Shown: one piece after another, positions 8,860 to 19,037 of the stretch
How positions within the stretch are numbered: the first letter of the stretch is position 1
Layout of the letters: each line of letters opens with the position of its first letter
NCBI GenBank assembly: GCA_938023735.1
Contig: CALJDK010000025.1
Location: 33,057 to 97,056 of the forward strand
Reading direction: 5' to 3'
Source of the DNA: an uncultured Acidimicrobiales bacterium
GTDB lineage: Bacteria > Actinomycetota > Acidimicrobiia > Acidimicrobiales > SHLQ01
DNA: 64,000 nucleotides
The notes under the pieces: generated by a model
Database searches by the model: none
Told to the model about the DNA's origin: nothing
The model's input: the letters and a program-made list of their open reading frames with translations, nothing else
Made by a program: the position numbers and the translations under genes

Positions 8860-9387
8860 ATGAAATGGGATGTGTACGGCGAGACCGTGATTTATGACAA
8901 TCCATGGGTGCGGCTCACCACCGTCGATGTCGACGTTCCTGGCGTCGGACGCATAGACCATCACGTGGTGCGGGCAACCGGCGAGGTTGTCGGAACCGTG
9001 GTGACCGACCCCGACCGAGGCATCTTGTTGATGTATCGGCATCGGTTCATCACCGACCGGTGGGGATGGGAAATCCCGGCGGGCCGAGTTGACCCAGGCG
9101 AGTCGCTTCGGGATGCAGCCATTCGAGAAACCACCGAAGAGACCGGCTGGAAACCGCTCGATGTTACACCCGCCACCTTCTACTACCCCAGCGACGGACT
9201 GAGCGATCAGAAATTCAACGTGTTCACCGCCCGCGGCGCCGAATATGTCGGACCGCCTACCGACATCTCCGAGTCCGAGCGGATCGAATGGGTAACGCCT
9301 GCGCGTGCCCGGACCCTGCTTACCGACGGGTCTATCAGCAACGGCCTAACGATGGCCGCCCTGCTGTGGACGTTTAGCTTCGGCTAG
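8860..9387 (+). CDS. NUDIX hydrolase (ADP-ribose pyrophosphatase-like)
   Basis: 175 aa with the Nudix box GRVDPGESLRDAAIRETTEETG. Confidence 0.85.
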   Translation: MKWDVYGETVIYDNPWVRLTTVDVDVPGVGRIDHHVVRATGEVVGTVVTDPDRGILLMYRHRFITDRWGWEIPAGRVDPGESLRDAAIRETTEETGWKPLDVTPATFYYPSDGLSDQKFNVFTARGAEYVGPPTDISESERIEWVTPARARTLLTDGSISNGLTMAALLWTFSFG

Positions 9388-10541
9388 AGGTTGTCGGGGT
9401 CGTAGCTTGTGAGGTCGGCGAGTCGAGGGTCGTTGGAGAACATCTCGATAATCGGCTGGATGACCTCGATGCGCTTCTGCAGGCGCTTCACTTCGAGTTC
9501 TTCGTTGAACAACACCAACGTGGCAACGATGCCCGATTGGCCCGCACGGGCGGTACGGCCGGAGCGATGCAGGTAGGTCTTGTGATCGGACGGCGGGTCG
9601 TAATGAATGACCAGATCTACTTCGTCGACGTGAATGCCTCGGGCGGCCACATCGGTTGCCACCATTACCTGAAGTTTGCCGGCACTGAAATCGGCGAGTG
9701 CCCGCTCTCGGTTGCTCTGGCGCAGATCGCCGTGAATAGCGGCCGCACGCACGCCCTCGTCGTCGAGCGCAATGGCGAGTTTGTCAGCCATATGTTTGGT
9801 GCGGGTGAACATGATGGTGCGGTTTCCGCCACGCGAAATGGCAGCCGCCACTTTGGGCTTGTCCATCTGGTGGACCGCAATGAAGCGATGCAGCATCTGG
9901 TCGACGGTGACCTCTTTCGACTCGACCTCGTGCATGACCGGATCGGTTTGGTACCGCTTGATGAGCGTGTTGACCGCGCCATCGAGTGTTGCCGAGAAAA
10001 GCAGTGTCTGGTGATCGGTGTCGACCTGGCGCAGAATCCACTCGAGTTGGGGCAGGAACCCCATATCGGCCATGCGGTCGGCCTCGTCGACGATGACCAC
10101 CTGAATAGCCGAGACATCGATCTCTTTGCGCTCGATGAGGTCAATCATCCGGCCGGGCGTGGCGACGACAAGGTCGACACCCTTGTTGATCTTGGCAATC
10201 TGTTTTTCGATGGGCGCCCCGCCATAGATGGCGACGGCGGTGCGGTCGAGAACCTCGCCCAGCGGTGCAAGCTCGTCACAAACCTGGGTGGCCAACTCTC
10301 GGGTCGGGACCAAGGCAAGGCCGAGTGGCTGGCCGGGCTTCGCTTTCCCGAGGCGCTCCAGCGCAGGAATGCCAAAGGCCAAGGTCTTCCCCGAACCGGT
10401 CTGGGCTTTGCCGCAAACATCGCGCCCCGCAAGAGCATCGGGGATAGTAAGTTCCTGAATCGGGAAGGCACCAGTAATGCCGCGAGAGTCAAGAGACTTC
10501 GCGACCACGTCGGACACGCCGAGCGTGCGAAAATCGGTCAT
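9384..10541 (-). CDS. DEAD-box ATP-dependent RNA helicase
   Basis: Q-motif GFAFPIQ-like, AQTGSGKT, VDEADRM, SAT and HRSGRTARAG. Confidence 0.9.
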   Translation of the reverse strand: MTDFRTLGVSDVVAKSLDSRGITGAFPIQELTIPDALAGRDVCGKAQTGSGKTLAFGIPALERLGKAKPGQPLGLALVPTRELATQVCDELAPLGEVLDRTAVAIYGGAPIEKQIAKINKGVDLVVATPGRMIDLIERKEIDVSAIQVVIVDEADRMADMGFLPQLEWILRQVDTDHQTLLFSATLDGAVNTLIKRYQTDPVMHEVESKEVTVDQMLHRFIAVHQMDKPKVAAAISRGGNRTIMFTRTKHMADKLAIALDDEGVRAAAIHGDLRQSNRERALADFSAGKLQVMVATDVAARGIHVDEVDLVIHYDPPSDHKTYLHRSGRTARAGQSGIVATLVLFNEELEVKRLQKRIEVIQPIIEMFSNDPRLADLTSYDPDNL

Positions 10542-10549
10542 AGGTTTTG

Positions 10550-10885
10550 TCAGGCTAGTCGGGGTGGGGCTTGAAAGCGCACGCGACCACCCCTGACTCG
10601 GATTCCTTCGGCTCGCAATCGGCGCTGTTGTTCCGCTTCATTTCCCGGCGCCAACCGCCCCGCAGCGTTTACAACTCGCCACCACGGATACCCCTCGTGG
10701 CGCTTCAGGAAGCTGCCGACCGCACGGCTCGCTCCGGGAAACCCAGCTTCAGCAGCGATCTCTCCGTAGGTCATGACATCGCCGGGAACTGAAGATGTCA
10801 GAACTTCGGCAACCGCCCGTTCAAAGTCGGTGAGCCCGCTCAGTTCGGTAGGCGCAGGAGCCACGGGCTCGGGTTTAGCCGGCAC
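10550..10885 (-). CDS. MGMT-family DNA-binding protein, probably alkyltransferase-like (ATL, no acceptor Cys)
   Basis: 111 aa. TYGEIAAEAGFPGASRAVGSFL... then PWWRVVN where active MGMTs have PCHRV. The GTG start abuts the upstream cyclase stop. Confidence 0.7.
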   Translation of the reverse strand: MPAKPEPVAPAPTELSGLTDFERAVAEVLTSSVPGDVMTYGEIAAEAGFPGASRAVGSFLKRHEGYPWWRVVNAAGRLAPGNEAEQQRRLRAEGIRVRGGRVRFQAPPRLA

Positions 10886-11419
10886 CTACCGCATCTCGAC
10901 CGAGTCGAGACTCACGAGATCGATTGGTTCCTCGAGTCCGGCCACAGCGTAACTACCAATCTCGGTGACTGCGGTGTTCACCATCATCGATGACACCAGG
11001 CTGCTGGGTGCCAGCACCTGCTCGGGCTGCGCCAAGTCACAAAGCCGAGCGGCAAGGTTGACCGGTTGGCCGATGTAGTCATCGCCTTCGAACAAGATCA
11101 CGTTTCCCTCAGCGATTCCGCCGCGGAGCGCCAGCGGAGAGTTGCTTTCTTGCACGGCAATCTCGATGTCGACGATTGCTTCAACGAGCAGCTCGGTTTC
11201 GAGCCCAACCATCATGGCGCCGTCGCCGAGCCACTTTGCGATGCGCACGCCCTTGTAGGACGCAACGTGTCGCACGACCTGACGGAAATCGGCAAGCAGG
11301 TCCACGGCTGCGGTATCGCCCTGCTGGGCAGTAAAGGCCGTGAATCCCGAAAGGTCCACAAACGCAAACACCCGGTGAACTCGGGTTACCGCATCGCCGG
11401 TGGGTTGGTCAGTCAGCAT
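10886..11419 (-). CDS. class III adenylate/guanylate cyclase catalytic domain protein (minimal, no sensor domain)
   Basis: FAFVDLSGFT, KWLGDGAMMVG and GQPVNLAARL. The ATG at 11419 avoids overlap with the divergent gene at 11466. The track ORF extends to 11647. Confidence 0.8.
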   Translation of the reverse strand: MLTDQPTGDAVTRVHRVFAFVDLSGFTAFTAQQGDTAAVDLLADFRQVVRHVASYKGVRIAKWLGDGAMMVGLETELLVEAIVDIEIAVQESNSPLALRGGIAEGNVILFEGDDYIGQPVNLAARLCDLAQPEQVLAPSSLVSSMMVNTAVTEIGSYAVAGLEEPIDLVSLDSVEMR

Positions 11420-11465
11420 GGAGTCCACGAGCAGAGTATAAGGTTCCTCGTCACGTGAGGGTCGA

Positions 11466-12320
11466 ATGTCGATAGGCGAAACACTGAGTAGTTCTCCAGA
11501 TGGGCGATGGGCAGGAGTGCTCGACCCCATCGCCACCTGGCCGGTCGGATCGGCGTCGGCGTTGGTGATACATGGCGGCTCTGTAGTTGCCCGGTACGGG
11601 GACACAACTAGCCAGTTCGAACTGGCCTCGATCAGCAAACTTCTCACTGCGGTCGCCGTGTTGGTTGCGGTGGAAGAGGAGTCGGTTCACCTCGACGATC
11701 ACGTTCGCGGCGCTCCGGACGGTTCAACACTTCGTGATCTACTCGACCACAGCTCGGGCTTGGCGCCCGATGAGCCAAAGGCGATGAGCCCGGTTGGCGA
11801 ACGTCGTATCTATAGCAATATGGGCTACGAACTGGCCGCCCGGCATGTCGAGGCCCATACCGGAATCGGGTTTGCCACCTACCTTCACGAAGCGGTCTGC
11901 CAACCCGCCGGAATGGGCGCTACAAAGCTTGTTGGCTCTCCGGCACACGGTGCGGTGTCGACCGCCGACGACCTCGGGTCCTTCGTCACGACCCTCCTCG
12001 GAAACCAAATTTTGTCGGCAAACGGCGTCGCCCTGTTCTCGACCCCATCGCGGCCCAGCGTTGCGGGTGTGTTGCCGGGCTATGGACGCCAAGACCCGAA
12101 CCCCTGGGGCGTCGGTGCTGAGATCCGGGCCGCAAAGTCACCGCACTGGACGTCATCGGTAAACCATGAGACTACATGGGGCCACTTTGGTCGAGCCGGC
12201 ACCTTCGTGTGGGTCGACCCGTCGCGAGACCTCACAACCATTTGCCTCACCGACACCACGTTTGGCGAGTGGGCTCTCGAGCGCTGGCCCCAGCTCAGTA
12301 CCGACATTTTGAGCCGCTGA
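11466..12320 (+). CDS. serine hydrolase, beta-lactamase/PBP4*-like family
   Basis: 284 aa with the SxxK motif (ASISKLLTAV) and general class-C beta-lactamase-like layout. Confidence 0.75.
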   Translation: MSIGETLSSSPDGRWAGVLDPIATWPVGSASALVIHGGSVVARYGDTTSQFELASISKLLTAVAVLVAVEEESVHLDDHVRGAPDGSTLRDLLDHSSGLAPDEPKAMSPVGERRIYSNMGYELAARHVEAHTGIGFATYLHEAVCQPAGMGATKLVGSPAHGAVSTADDLGSFVTTLLGNQILSANGVALFSTPSRPSVAGVLPGYGRQDPNPWGVGAEIRAAKSPHWTSSVNHETTWGHFGRAGTFVWVDPSRDLTTICLTDTTFGEWALERWPQLSTDILSR

Positions 12321-12385
12321 ATAACCTTTCATTTCCTGCTAGAGATGCGTTAAGTCACCGCTCCGACAGGTCGATATCGATAGCT

Positions 12386-13402
12386 ATGAAGCCCGTTGCA
12401 CCGACCGGTGTTGCCGTGACAAGGTTGGCGAGAATTCGCGTCGCCAATGTCCTTGCCGCGGCCGGACTTCCGGGTGATACCCCGCTCGAACGTATGAGCA
12501 GCGTCACCAACGAGGTGTGGCGAACCCCTGATTACATCATCCGAATCAACCGAAAAACCGACGGTCGTCTTCGCCGCGAAGCATTCCTAAGCCGAGCGCT
12601 GCCAGACGATATTGCCTACCCCCCGGTACGCGCTGTGTCGTCAAATGCCGACAGCGATTGGGTGATTCATCAACGAGTGCCGGGCGGCCCCCTCAGCCGG
12701 GCATGGCCAACGATGACCAGCGCCGCCCGCCGGACCGCCGTTGAGCAGATCGCTTCGATGCTGCGATCGCTTCACGCCACGCCCTTCCCCGCCAAGATCC
12801 CACGGCTCGAGGAACCGCCTCAGCTCATCGACCCGGGCGACCATAACCCCACGGCTCGACTCGACCGTGCGCTGGTTCGCCTTACCAAACTCCCCAACGT
12901 CGACGAGGGACTCGTAAGGGCTACCGCCGAACAGATCCGATCGCTTTCCCCTGCTCTCGGAGGCGTCTCGGCCAAGAACCTGGTACACGGCGACCTAACC
13001 TTTGAGAACCTGCTCTGGGACGGATCCAAAGTCTCGGCGATCATCGATTTCGAATGGTCGCGGCCCGGACCCGCCGACTTGGATCTTGACATTCTTCTCC
13101 GTCTTTCGGCCTATCCGTTTCTCCACGTCGCCGAAGACTACGAAGCCGAAACGCTTGCGGCCGACTATGCGTGTGTCCCGCAGATTCTCGAATCGCGCTA
13201 TCCCGAACTCTGGGATAGCGAAGGCGTCGTTGACCGCCTCGTGCTGTATTCGATTGCCTATGACGTGCGGGCGCTGCTTCGGTTCCCACCGAAAGCCCAC
13301 GCCAGCAAACTCTCCGAGCACCATCCGTTAAATCGTCTGCGCCGGACGGTGGCTGGCACCAGCCACGTGCACGAGTTTCTCAACGCCGGCTTTTCGCTCT
13401 AG
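12386..13402 (+). CDS. aminoglycoside/choline-kinase-like phosphotransferase family protein
   Basis: Start at ATG 12386 (MKPVAPTG...). Brenner motif LVHGDLTFENLLW and IIDFEW...DLDLDILL. The track's upstream extension overlaps the previous gene. Confidence 0.75.
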   Translation: MKPVAPTGVAVTRLARIRVANVLAAAGLPGDTPLERMSSVTNEVWRTPDYIIRINRKTDGRLRREAFLSRALPDDIAYPPVRAVSSNADSDWVIHQRVPGGPLSRAWPTMTSAARRTAVEQIASMLRSLHATPFPAKIPRLEEPPQLIDPGDHNPTARLDRALVRLTKLPNVDEGLVRATAEQIRSLSPALGGVSAKNLVHGDLTFENLLWDGSKVSAIIDFEWSRPGPADLDLDILLRLSAYPFLHVAEDYEAETLAADYACVPQILESRYPELWDSEGVVDRLVLYSIAYDVRALLRFPPKAHASKLSEHHPLNRLRRTVAGTSHVHEFLNAGFSL

Positions 13403-13423
13403 CCGGACAGTCCGAACACGCCC

Positions 13424-14311
13424 TCAGGCGTCGGCGTCCTCGGTGTGTTCGGCGTCGGTATCACCAGACGCTTCGGCCGCTTGGTTGTCGGACTCGGTGA
13501 TCCCAAGCTCCGGATCGGATTCAGCGTCGGGGTCTCGTCGTCCCTTCGCAAGACCGATAACCCCGGCGATAATCAAGGCAGCACTCAGCCAGATATTGAC
13601 CCGCAGTCCGAGAACGATCGATGCTTCGTCGGTTCGAATCGCCTCGATCCAGAGGCGGCCGATGCCATAGCCGAGCACATACAGCCAGATGAGCCGCCCT
13701 CGCTTGAGCTTGCCGGTTCGGTCGACCCACAACAGCAAGGCCGTGAGCGCTAGGTTCCACAGGCCTTCGTAGAGGAACGTGGGGTGAAACGTTGGTTCGT
13801 TCTCGAACCCCTCCGGACGGAACGCCTCATCGATCTCGAGCGCCCACGGAAGATCGGTAGGGCCGCCGACGATCTCCTGGTTGAACCAGTTTCCGACCCG
13901 GCCTATGGCTTGGGCCAACGGCAGTGCAGGGGCGCATACATCGAGAAGCGTTGGGACATCGAGGCCTTTGCGCTTGGCATACCAAACACCGGCAAGAACA
14001 CCCAGAAACATGCCGCCCGGAATTCCCAGACCGCCTTCCCAGACCTTGTAGACGTCGCCCCACTGCCCCTGAAATCTCTTCCAGTCGGTGAGAACGTGAT
14101 ACAGCCGAGCGCCAACGAGGCCTGCCGGTACGCCAACCATCGCGATCGCACTGATGACCTCAGGGTTTCCGCCGCGCGCCTCGAGACGTTTGCTCGACAG
14201 CAGCACCGCAGCCATAACGCCAAGCGCGATCATCAGACCGTATGCGTTAAAGGTGAGTGGCCCGATTTCGAGGGTGTTGGAACCCGGACTGGGAATAGAA
14301 GAGAGGATCAT
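13424..14311 (-). CDS. lgt: prolipoprotein diacylglyceryl transferase
   Basis: 295 aa polytopic membrane protein. IGPLTFNAYGLMIALG and GRVGNWFNQE are Lgt signatures. Confidence 0.9.
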   Translation of the reverse strand: MILSSIPSPGSNTLEIGPLTFNAYGLMIALGVMAAVLLSSKRLEARGGNPEVISAIAMVGVPAGLVGARLYHVLTDWKRFQGQWGDVYKVWEGGLGIPGGMFLGVLAGVWYAKRKGLDVPTLLDVCAPALPLAQAIGRVGNWFNQEIVGGPTDLPWALEIDEAFRPEGFENEPTFHPTFLYEGLWNLALTALLLWVDRTGKLKRGRLIWLYVLGYGIGRLWIEAIRTDEASIVLGLRVNIWLSAALIIAGVIGLAKGRRDPDAESDPELGITESDNQAAEASGDTDAEHTEDADA

Positions 14312-14377
14312 TGGTTCTCCACGAAGTTAGTGGATACTGAACCCCGCCAACTGATCAGGACTTCCCAAACGTTGCTT

Positions 14378-16159
14378 CTAGAACTGGCTGGCGTCGAGCG
14401 CAAACAGATCGGAGGAGCCAGCGGTGGAAACCTGATGCAACCCGGGCGAGAGCGGCAGAACCGAATCGGCGTAGTAGCGAGCGCACACCAACTTCTCTTC
14501 GGCGAAAGCCTCGTCGTACTCACCGGCGGAGGCAGCAAGTGCAAGCTTCGCCAACACCCAGCCGCCAATGACGTTGCCGAACAACCGCAGATAGGGAGTT
14601 GCCCCGGCCAGCGCCTCGTTGGGCGCCGAACTTTTCTCAAGGAACCAGGTCGTTGCGGCTCGAAGCTCGCCGAGCGACGAGTTGAGTGCTTTGCCAAGAC
14701 CGACAAAATCGCCACCGGCTGCCGCCAGATCGGCTTCGAGCGCGCCCATATGATCGAGGAATCCGCTGACCACCGCACCACCCTTCATCGGCAGTTTGCG
14801 CAACACGAGGTCGATGGCCTGAATACCGTTGGTGCCCTCGTAGATAGGGGCGATTCGTGCGTCGCGTAGATGCTGAGCAACGCCGGTCTCTTCGACAAAG
14901 CCCATACCACCAAAGATCTGCACCCCAAGACCGGTGAGCTCACAACCCAGGTCGGTGGACCAGGCTTTGGAAATGGGGGTAAGCAACGCCGCGAGGTCGG
15001 CTGCGTTCTCGCGTGAAGCATCGTCGGCGCCGTGCTTGGCCCGATCGAGGTTTGCCGCATCGAGGTACAACAAGCCACGCATCGCTTCGATGTGAGACTT
15101 CATGGTCAGAAGCATTCGCCGAACATCGGCGTGTTCGATAATGGGCGATGACTCGCCGGGTTCGGCGCCAACGGCGCGACCCTGAAGTCGCTCGCGGGCG
15201 TACTCGGCTGACTGTTGGTAGGACCGCTCGGCGATGGCAAGGCCCTCGAGCCCAACCGAAAGGCGGGCATTGTTCATCATCGTGAACATGTAACGCATGC
15301 CCATGTTCTCTTCGCCGATAAGGAATCCCTTGGCGCCGCCGTTATCGCCGTAGGCCATGACGCAGGTTGGACTCGCGTGGATTCCGAGCTTGTGCTCGAT
15401 CGAGACGCAACGCAGATCGTTTTCTTCGCCGAGCGATCCGTCGTCGTTCACCAAGTATTTGGGAACGATGAAGCAGGAGATCCCCTTGGTGCCTGGAGGT
15501 GCACCGGGGGTACGGGCCAACACCAGGTGAATGATGTTGTCGGCCATATCGTGCTCGCCCCAGGTGATGAAGATTTTCTGGCCGGTGATGCTCCACGAAC
15601 CGTCATCGTTTGGTTCGGCCTTGGCGCGTAGTGCACCAACATCGGAACCCGCTTGGGGTTCGGTGAGGTTCATCGTGCCGGTCCATTCGCCGGTGATCAT
15701 CTTCGGCAGGTAGATCTCGCGCTGAATCTCGTCGGAATGGTGACTGATTGCGTCGATGGCGCCCTGGGTAAGCAGCGGACACAACGAAAACGCCATGTTG
15801 GCGGTGGTGAGCATCTCTTGAAGCGCGAGTCCGACAACCCACGGAAAGCCTGCGCCGCCGTACTCTGGCTCGAACGCCACGGCTCCCCAACCGGCTTCGA
15901 CGTACTTCTGGTAGGCGTCGATGAACCCCGGAGGCGTGGTGACGGTGCCGTCTTCGTGCCACACGCTTCCCTCGACATCGCCCGGACCATTCGTCGGAGC
16001 GACCTTGTCGACCATAAGGCGAGCCGATTCGGCCAGCGCGCCATCAACGGTGTCGCTGTCGACATGAGAGAACGACTCGAGCGTGCAAAGGTCGGCGAGT
16101 TCAGCGATCTCGTCGAGAACAAAGCGGATGTCTTGGAGTGGTGGGTTATAAATCGTCAC
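14378..16159 (-). CDS. acyl-CoA dehydrogenase (long form with C-terminal extension domain)
   Basis: 593 aa. LTEPQAGSD, ITWGEHD and YEGTNGIQAIDLV are ACAD motifs. Confidence 0.9.
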   Translation of the reverse strand: MTIYNPPLQDIRFVLDEIAELADLCTLESFSHVDSDTVDGALAESARLMVDKVAPTNGPGDVEGSVWHEDGTVTTPPGFIDAYQKYVEAGWGAVAFEPEYGGAGFPWVVGLALQEMLTTANMAFSLCPLLTQGAIDAISHHSDEIQREIYLPKMITGEWTGTMNLTEPQAGSDVGALRAKAEPNDDGSWSITGQKIFITWGEHDMADNIIHLVLARTPGAPPGTKGISCFIVPKYLVNDDGSLGEENDLRCVSIEHKLGIHASPTCVMAYGDNGGAKGFLIGEENMGMRYMFTMMNNARLSVGLEGLAIAERSYQQSAEYARERLQGRAVGAEPGESSPIIEHADVRRMLLTMKSHIEAMRGLLYLDAANLDRAKHGADDASRENAADLAALLTPISKAWSTDLGCELTGLGVQIFGGMGFVEETGVAQHLRDARIAPIYEGTNGIQAIDLVLRKLPMKGGAVVSGFLDHMGALEADLAAAGGDFVGLGKALNSSLGELRAATTWFLEKSSAPNEALAGATPYLRLFGNVIGGWVLAKLALAASAGEYDEAFAEEKLVCARYYADSVLPLSPGLHQVSTAGSSDLFALDASQF

Positions 16160-16467
16160 CCAGCCAGCGTACTCCGTTGACGTCCCAACGGTTTAGCGTG
16201 TTACGCAGCAAAGCCGGGACATCCACCCCGGCTGATCGCTGTTCGACACAAGCGATCAATTGGTTGGGCCCCGGCTCCGTGCTTTTTGGAGGGGTTTGCG
16301 CTGTCGCAGCAACGCAATCTTCAAACTAGTCACCAGATGACACGCTCTGCAACATAATTACCAAGATTCTCGCCCATTGCGGTCAAAAAATTACGATTTG
16401 ATGTCGGAATTCAACGTGAATAACACGAGCAACACGGAAATGCGTGGAGTCGACTGGCGGAAAATAC

Positions 16468-17418
16468 CTATGCCGAAATACGAACCGGCGCTCCGAGCGG
16501 CACATTTTCGGCCAAAAACGTCACCACGTCGTTCGGAATCCGGATGCAACCATTCGAGTGGGCGCCACCGATCAAGCCCGGATTGTTCGTGCCGTGGATC
16601 GCAATGACCGGGAGTCCCCCACCAAAGGTGTCGAGCGCCTCACTGAAGGCCGACAGACTGAGAATCCATGGCCCAAAGGCACCATCGGGGTTTGACCGTG
16701 GCAGGAGTTCGTTGACGTAGAAGTCGCCGAGGGGGGTCGGCGTTGAGGGCTTTCCAATAACCGCTTCGGTCTCGGCAATTACTTCGGAGCCTTCGAAAAC
16801 CCGCACGGTCCGGCTGCTAAGGATGACCTCGGCGTGCACGTTGTGGCTGAACGTGTCGAAACCCTCGGTTCGGATCCACGCTTCGCTGTGGTTTGGTCGA
16901 ACCGGCAGCGCGACCTTCACCCATTCGTCGGCGCCGGTTCCCTCGACGATGCGCAGCGCCAGGGCGGTGTCCCAGAACGTCGGGTTGAACACGCCAAACT
17001 CAAAGGCCACCGGGTTGCCGTTCGGCGCATCGAAGAGCTCGACTCGGCCAATGGCAGGGGTCGCCACCGCTACCCATGTTTCGTGCTCGCCCAGCGGCGG
17101 CAGTGTGGACGTGGTGGTCGTGGTTTCGACCGGTTCGGGTTGAGCCGCGATCGTGGTGGATGGTGGCGGCACCGAGTCGCGCAGTACCGGCTCGGCATCT
17201 TTGCCGTCGCTAAAGGCAACCGGCTCAAGAGCTCCGCCGTCGTCACCGCCACAGCCACTGGCGATGAGCGCCAGAACAACCAGTACCACCCCGAGTGCGC
17301 GCAACGGACGTCGGCGACGGCCAGCGTGCGGCGGGGAAAAGGATGCGGAGGGTTTCACAGTTCGAGTTTGTCGAGCGTTCGGGGGAAGGCCCATCGGTAC
17401 TAGGTATATCGGCATCAA
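16468..17418 (-). CDS. L,D-transpeptidase (YkuD domain) lipoprotein
   Basis: Lipobox LIASGC. Catalytic HGTNNPGLIGGAHSNGCIRI motif at the C-terminus. Confidence 0.85.
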   Translation of the reverse strand: MMPIYLVPMGLPPNARQTRTVKPSASFSPPHAGRRRRPLRALGVVLVVLALIASGCGGDDGGALEPVAFSDGKDAEPVLRDSVPPPSTTIAAQPEPVETTTTTSTLPPLGEHETWVAVATPAIGRVELFDAPNGNPVAFEFGVFNPTFWDTALALRIVEGTGADEWVKVALPVRPNHSEAWIRTEGFDTFSHNVHAEVILSSRTVRVFEGSEVIAETEAVIGKPSTPTPLGDFYVNELLPRSNPDGAFGPWILSLSAFSEALDTFGGGLPVIAIHGTNNPGLIGGAHSNGCIRIPNDVVTFLAENVPLGAPVRISA

Positions 17419-17481
17419 TGCCGATATTGCTTAGGTTGGACCGTAGCGGCGAACGAGCTTTTCTCATCCTACGATAGACAC

Positions 17482-18300
17482 ATGGCCGGATTTACCGAAC
17501 TCGCCGACGGCGTTCATGTGTGGCTCGCCGATTCAACGAAACGCGGATACACCAATAGTGGGTGCGTCATCGACGACGACGGCATCACCATCGTCGATGC
17601 ACAAACCACGCCCGCCCAGTCGGCTGCTGTGGTTGCAGCAGCCGAGTCCTTTGGCCGGCCGGTGAAACGGGTCGTGCTCACCAGCAGCCATATCGAGTTC
17701 GTCGGCGGATCAAGCTCGTTCACGATGGCTGCGTTTTATGGGTCGGCACAGATCAGCGCCCATCTCGACCAGCCACCAAATGTTCCGATCTATCAGCGAC
17801 TTCTGCCCGACCTTGCCGACGAGTTCATCGACCTCACCACCAAACCGGTTTCCCATACCGTCGATGAAGGCGCCTACGTCTCCGGCACCGCCATCGCCGT
17901 GCCGACCGAAGGCGAACTCGGGCAGAACCTTGTCGTGCAGGTGCCGCACGCAAACGTGGTGTTTGCCGGGGCCATGGCCCCCTTTGGTGTAACGCCCAAT
18001 GTGTTCGACGGCGATCCGGCAAAGTGGGCGGTAGCCCTCGACCAGGTCATGGCCTGGGGCACAACCATCGTCCCCGGACACGGCCGAGTGGGCAACCACG
18101 ACGACGTCGTAGCGCTGCAGGCGTACCTGTGGGCATGCGTGGAGGCCGAAGGCGACCCAAGCAAGATTCCGGCCGGCCCATGGGACACGTGGTCACATCG
18201 CGACCTCGATATCATCAACGTCGAACGAGCCCACATGCTCGCCAACGGTGATCCGTCGCCTCCCCCGTCGATGTTGGCAGCGATGGGGATCGAGCTCTAA
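17482..18300 (+). CDS. MBL-fold metallo-hydrolase-like protein with a degenerate metal motif
   Basis: The layout ...NSGCVIDDDGITIVDAQ...VVLTSSHIEFVGG...PGHG is MBL-like, but HxHxDH is replaced by SSHIEF. Confidence 0.6.
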   Translation: MAGFTELADGVHVWLADSTKRGYTNSGCVIDDDGITIVDAQTTPAQSAAVVAAAESFGRPVKRVVLTSSHIEFVGGSSSFTMAAFYGSAQISAHLDQPPNVPIYQRLLPDLADEFIDLTTKPVSHTVDEGAYVSGTAIAVPTEGELGQNLVVQVPHANVVFAGAMAPFGVTPNVFDGDPAKWAVALDQVMAWGTTIVPGHGRVGNHDDVVALQAYLWACVEAEGDPSKIPAGPWDTWSHRDLDIINVERAHMLANGDPSPPPSMLAAMGIEL

Positions 18301-19037
18301 ACCGCCGTTCCGGAGCTGCTCGGCTCGCCGAGGGGTTCGACCGGAGCGATGTCGGCTGACGACGGCTCGGGTTTCGCAGCACTGGATTCGACTGTTTTGG
18401 GTTTGGCAACCTTCGGGACCGTGCCCGGCGCCGACATTCCTGAGATCCAGTGTCGCCGGCAACGAAGCTCGTAGGTGGAGTTGGGCGTCTGGCTGGGGTC
18501 ATCGACCACCATGAGGTCGCCTTCGTAAACCTGAACGCCGTCGACAAGACGTGCGTTGTGGGTGGCTTTGCGGCCGCACCAGCACCGAGACTCGACGGCG
18601 ACTTCGTCGCACGAATCGGCCATCTCCAGCAGTCGTGCCGTGCCGGGAAACAAAAAGCCGCGAAAATCGCGGAGTAAGCCAAAGCAATAAACGTCGGCAT
18701 CAAGCTCGTCGACAACCCGGGCTAGCTGGTCGATTTGGGCTGCCGAGTAGAACTGGGCCTCGTCGCACACCATGAAATCGAGTTGCCCGTTTCGGTCGGC
18801 ATACGCTTTGCCGGCGGCGTAAAGATTGAGACCTTCTTCGACCCGGTAGGCATCGGCGCTTACGCCAAGGCGACTCGAGACCCGACCATCGACTCGGTCG
18901 AGTTGGGTCCAGAGCATGCCTCGCATTCCGGCGGATGCGAGGTTGTGATAGATCTGCAGCGCCATGGTGCTCTTGCCCGAGCCCATGGTTCCATACGCGA
19001 ACCGAAGTTCAGCATGGGAGTGTCGCTCAGCGGTCAT
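18297..19037 (-). CDS. tdk: thymidine kinase with a Pro/Ser/Ala-rich C-terminal tail
   Basis: P-loop GTMGSGKST and a Zn ribbon CWCGRKATHNAR...CRRHW. Its ATG overlaps the nrdJ stop (ATGA at 19034-19037). Confidence 0.85.
   Translation of the reverse strand: MTAERHSHAELRFAYGTMGSGKSTMALQIYHNLASAGMRGMLWTQLDRVDGRVSSRLGVSADAYRVEEGLNLYAAGKAYADRNGQLDFMVCDEAQFYSAAQIDQLARVVDELDADVYCFGLLRDFRGFLFPGTARLLEMADSCDEVAVESRCWCGRKATHNARLVDGVQVYEGDLMVVDDPSQTPNSTYELRCRRHWISGMSAPGTVPKVAKPKTVESSAAKPEPSSADIAPVEPLGEPSSSGTAV

Noticed and set aside
16160-16467. AT-rich 300-bp intergenic region between ldt and the acyl-CoA dehydrogenase gene, with a 76-aa ORF (16377..16607).
   Set aside because: The ORF overlaps the ldt 3' end and has no RBS or family. 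The region is most simply the ldt 3' UTR plus the ACAD promoter, and I saw no clear repeat or conserved RNA motif.
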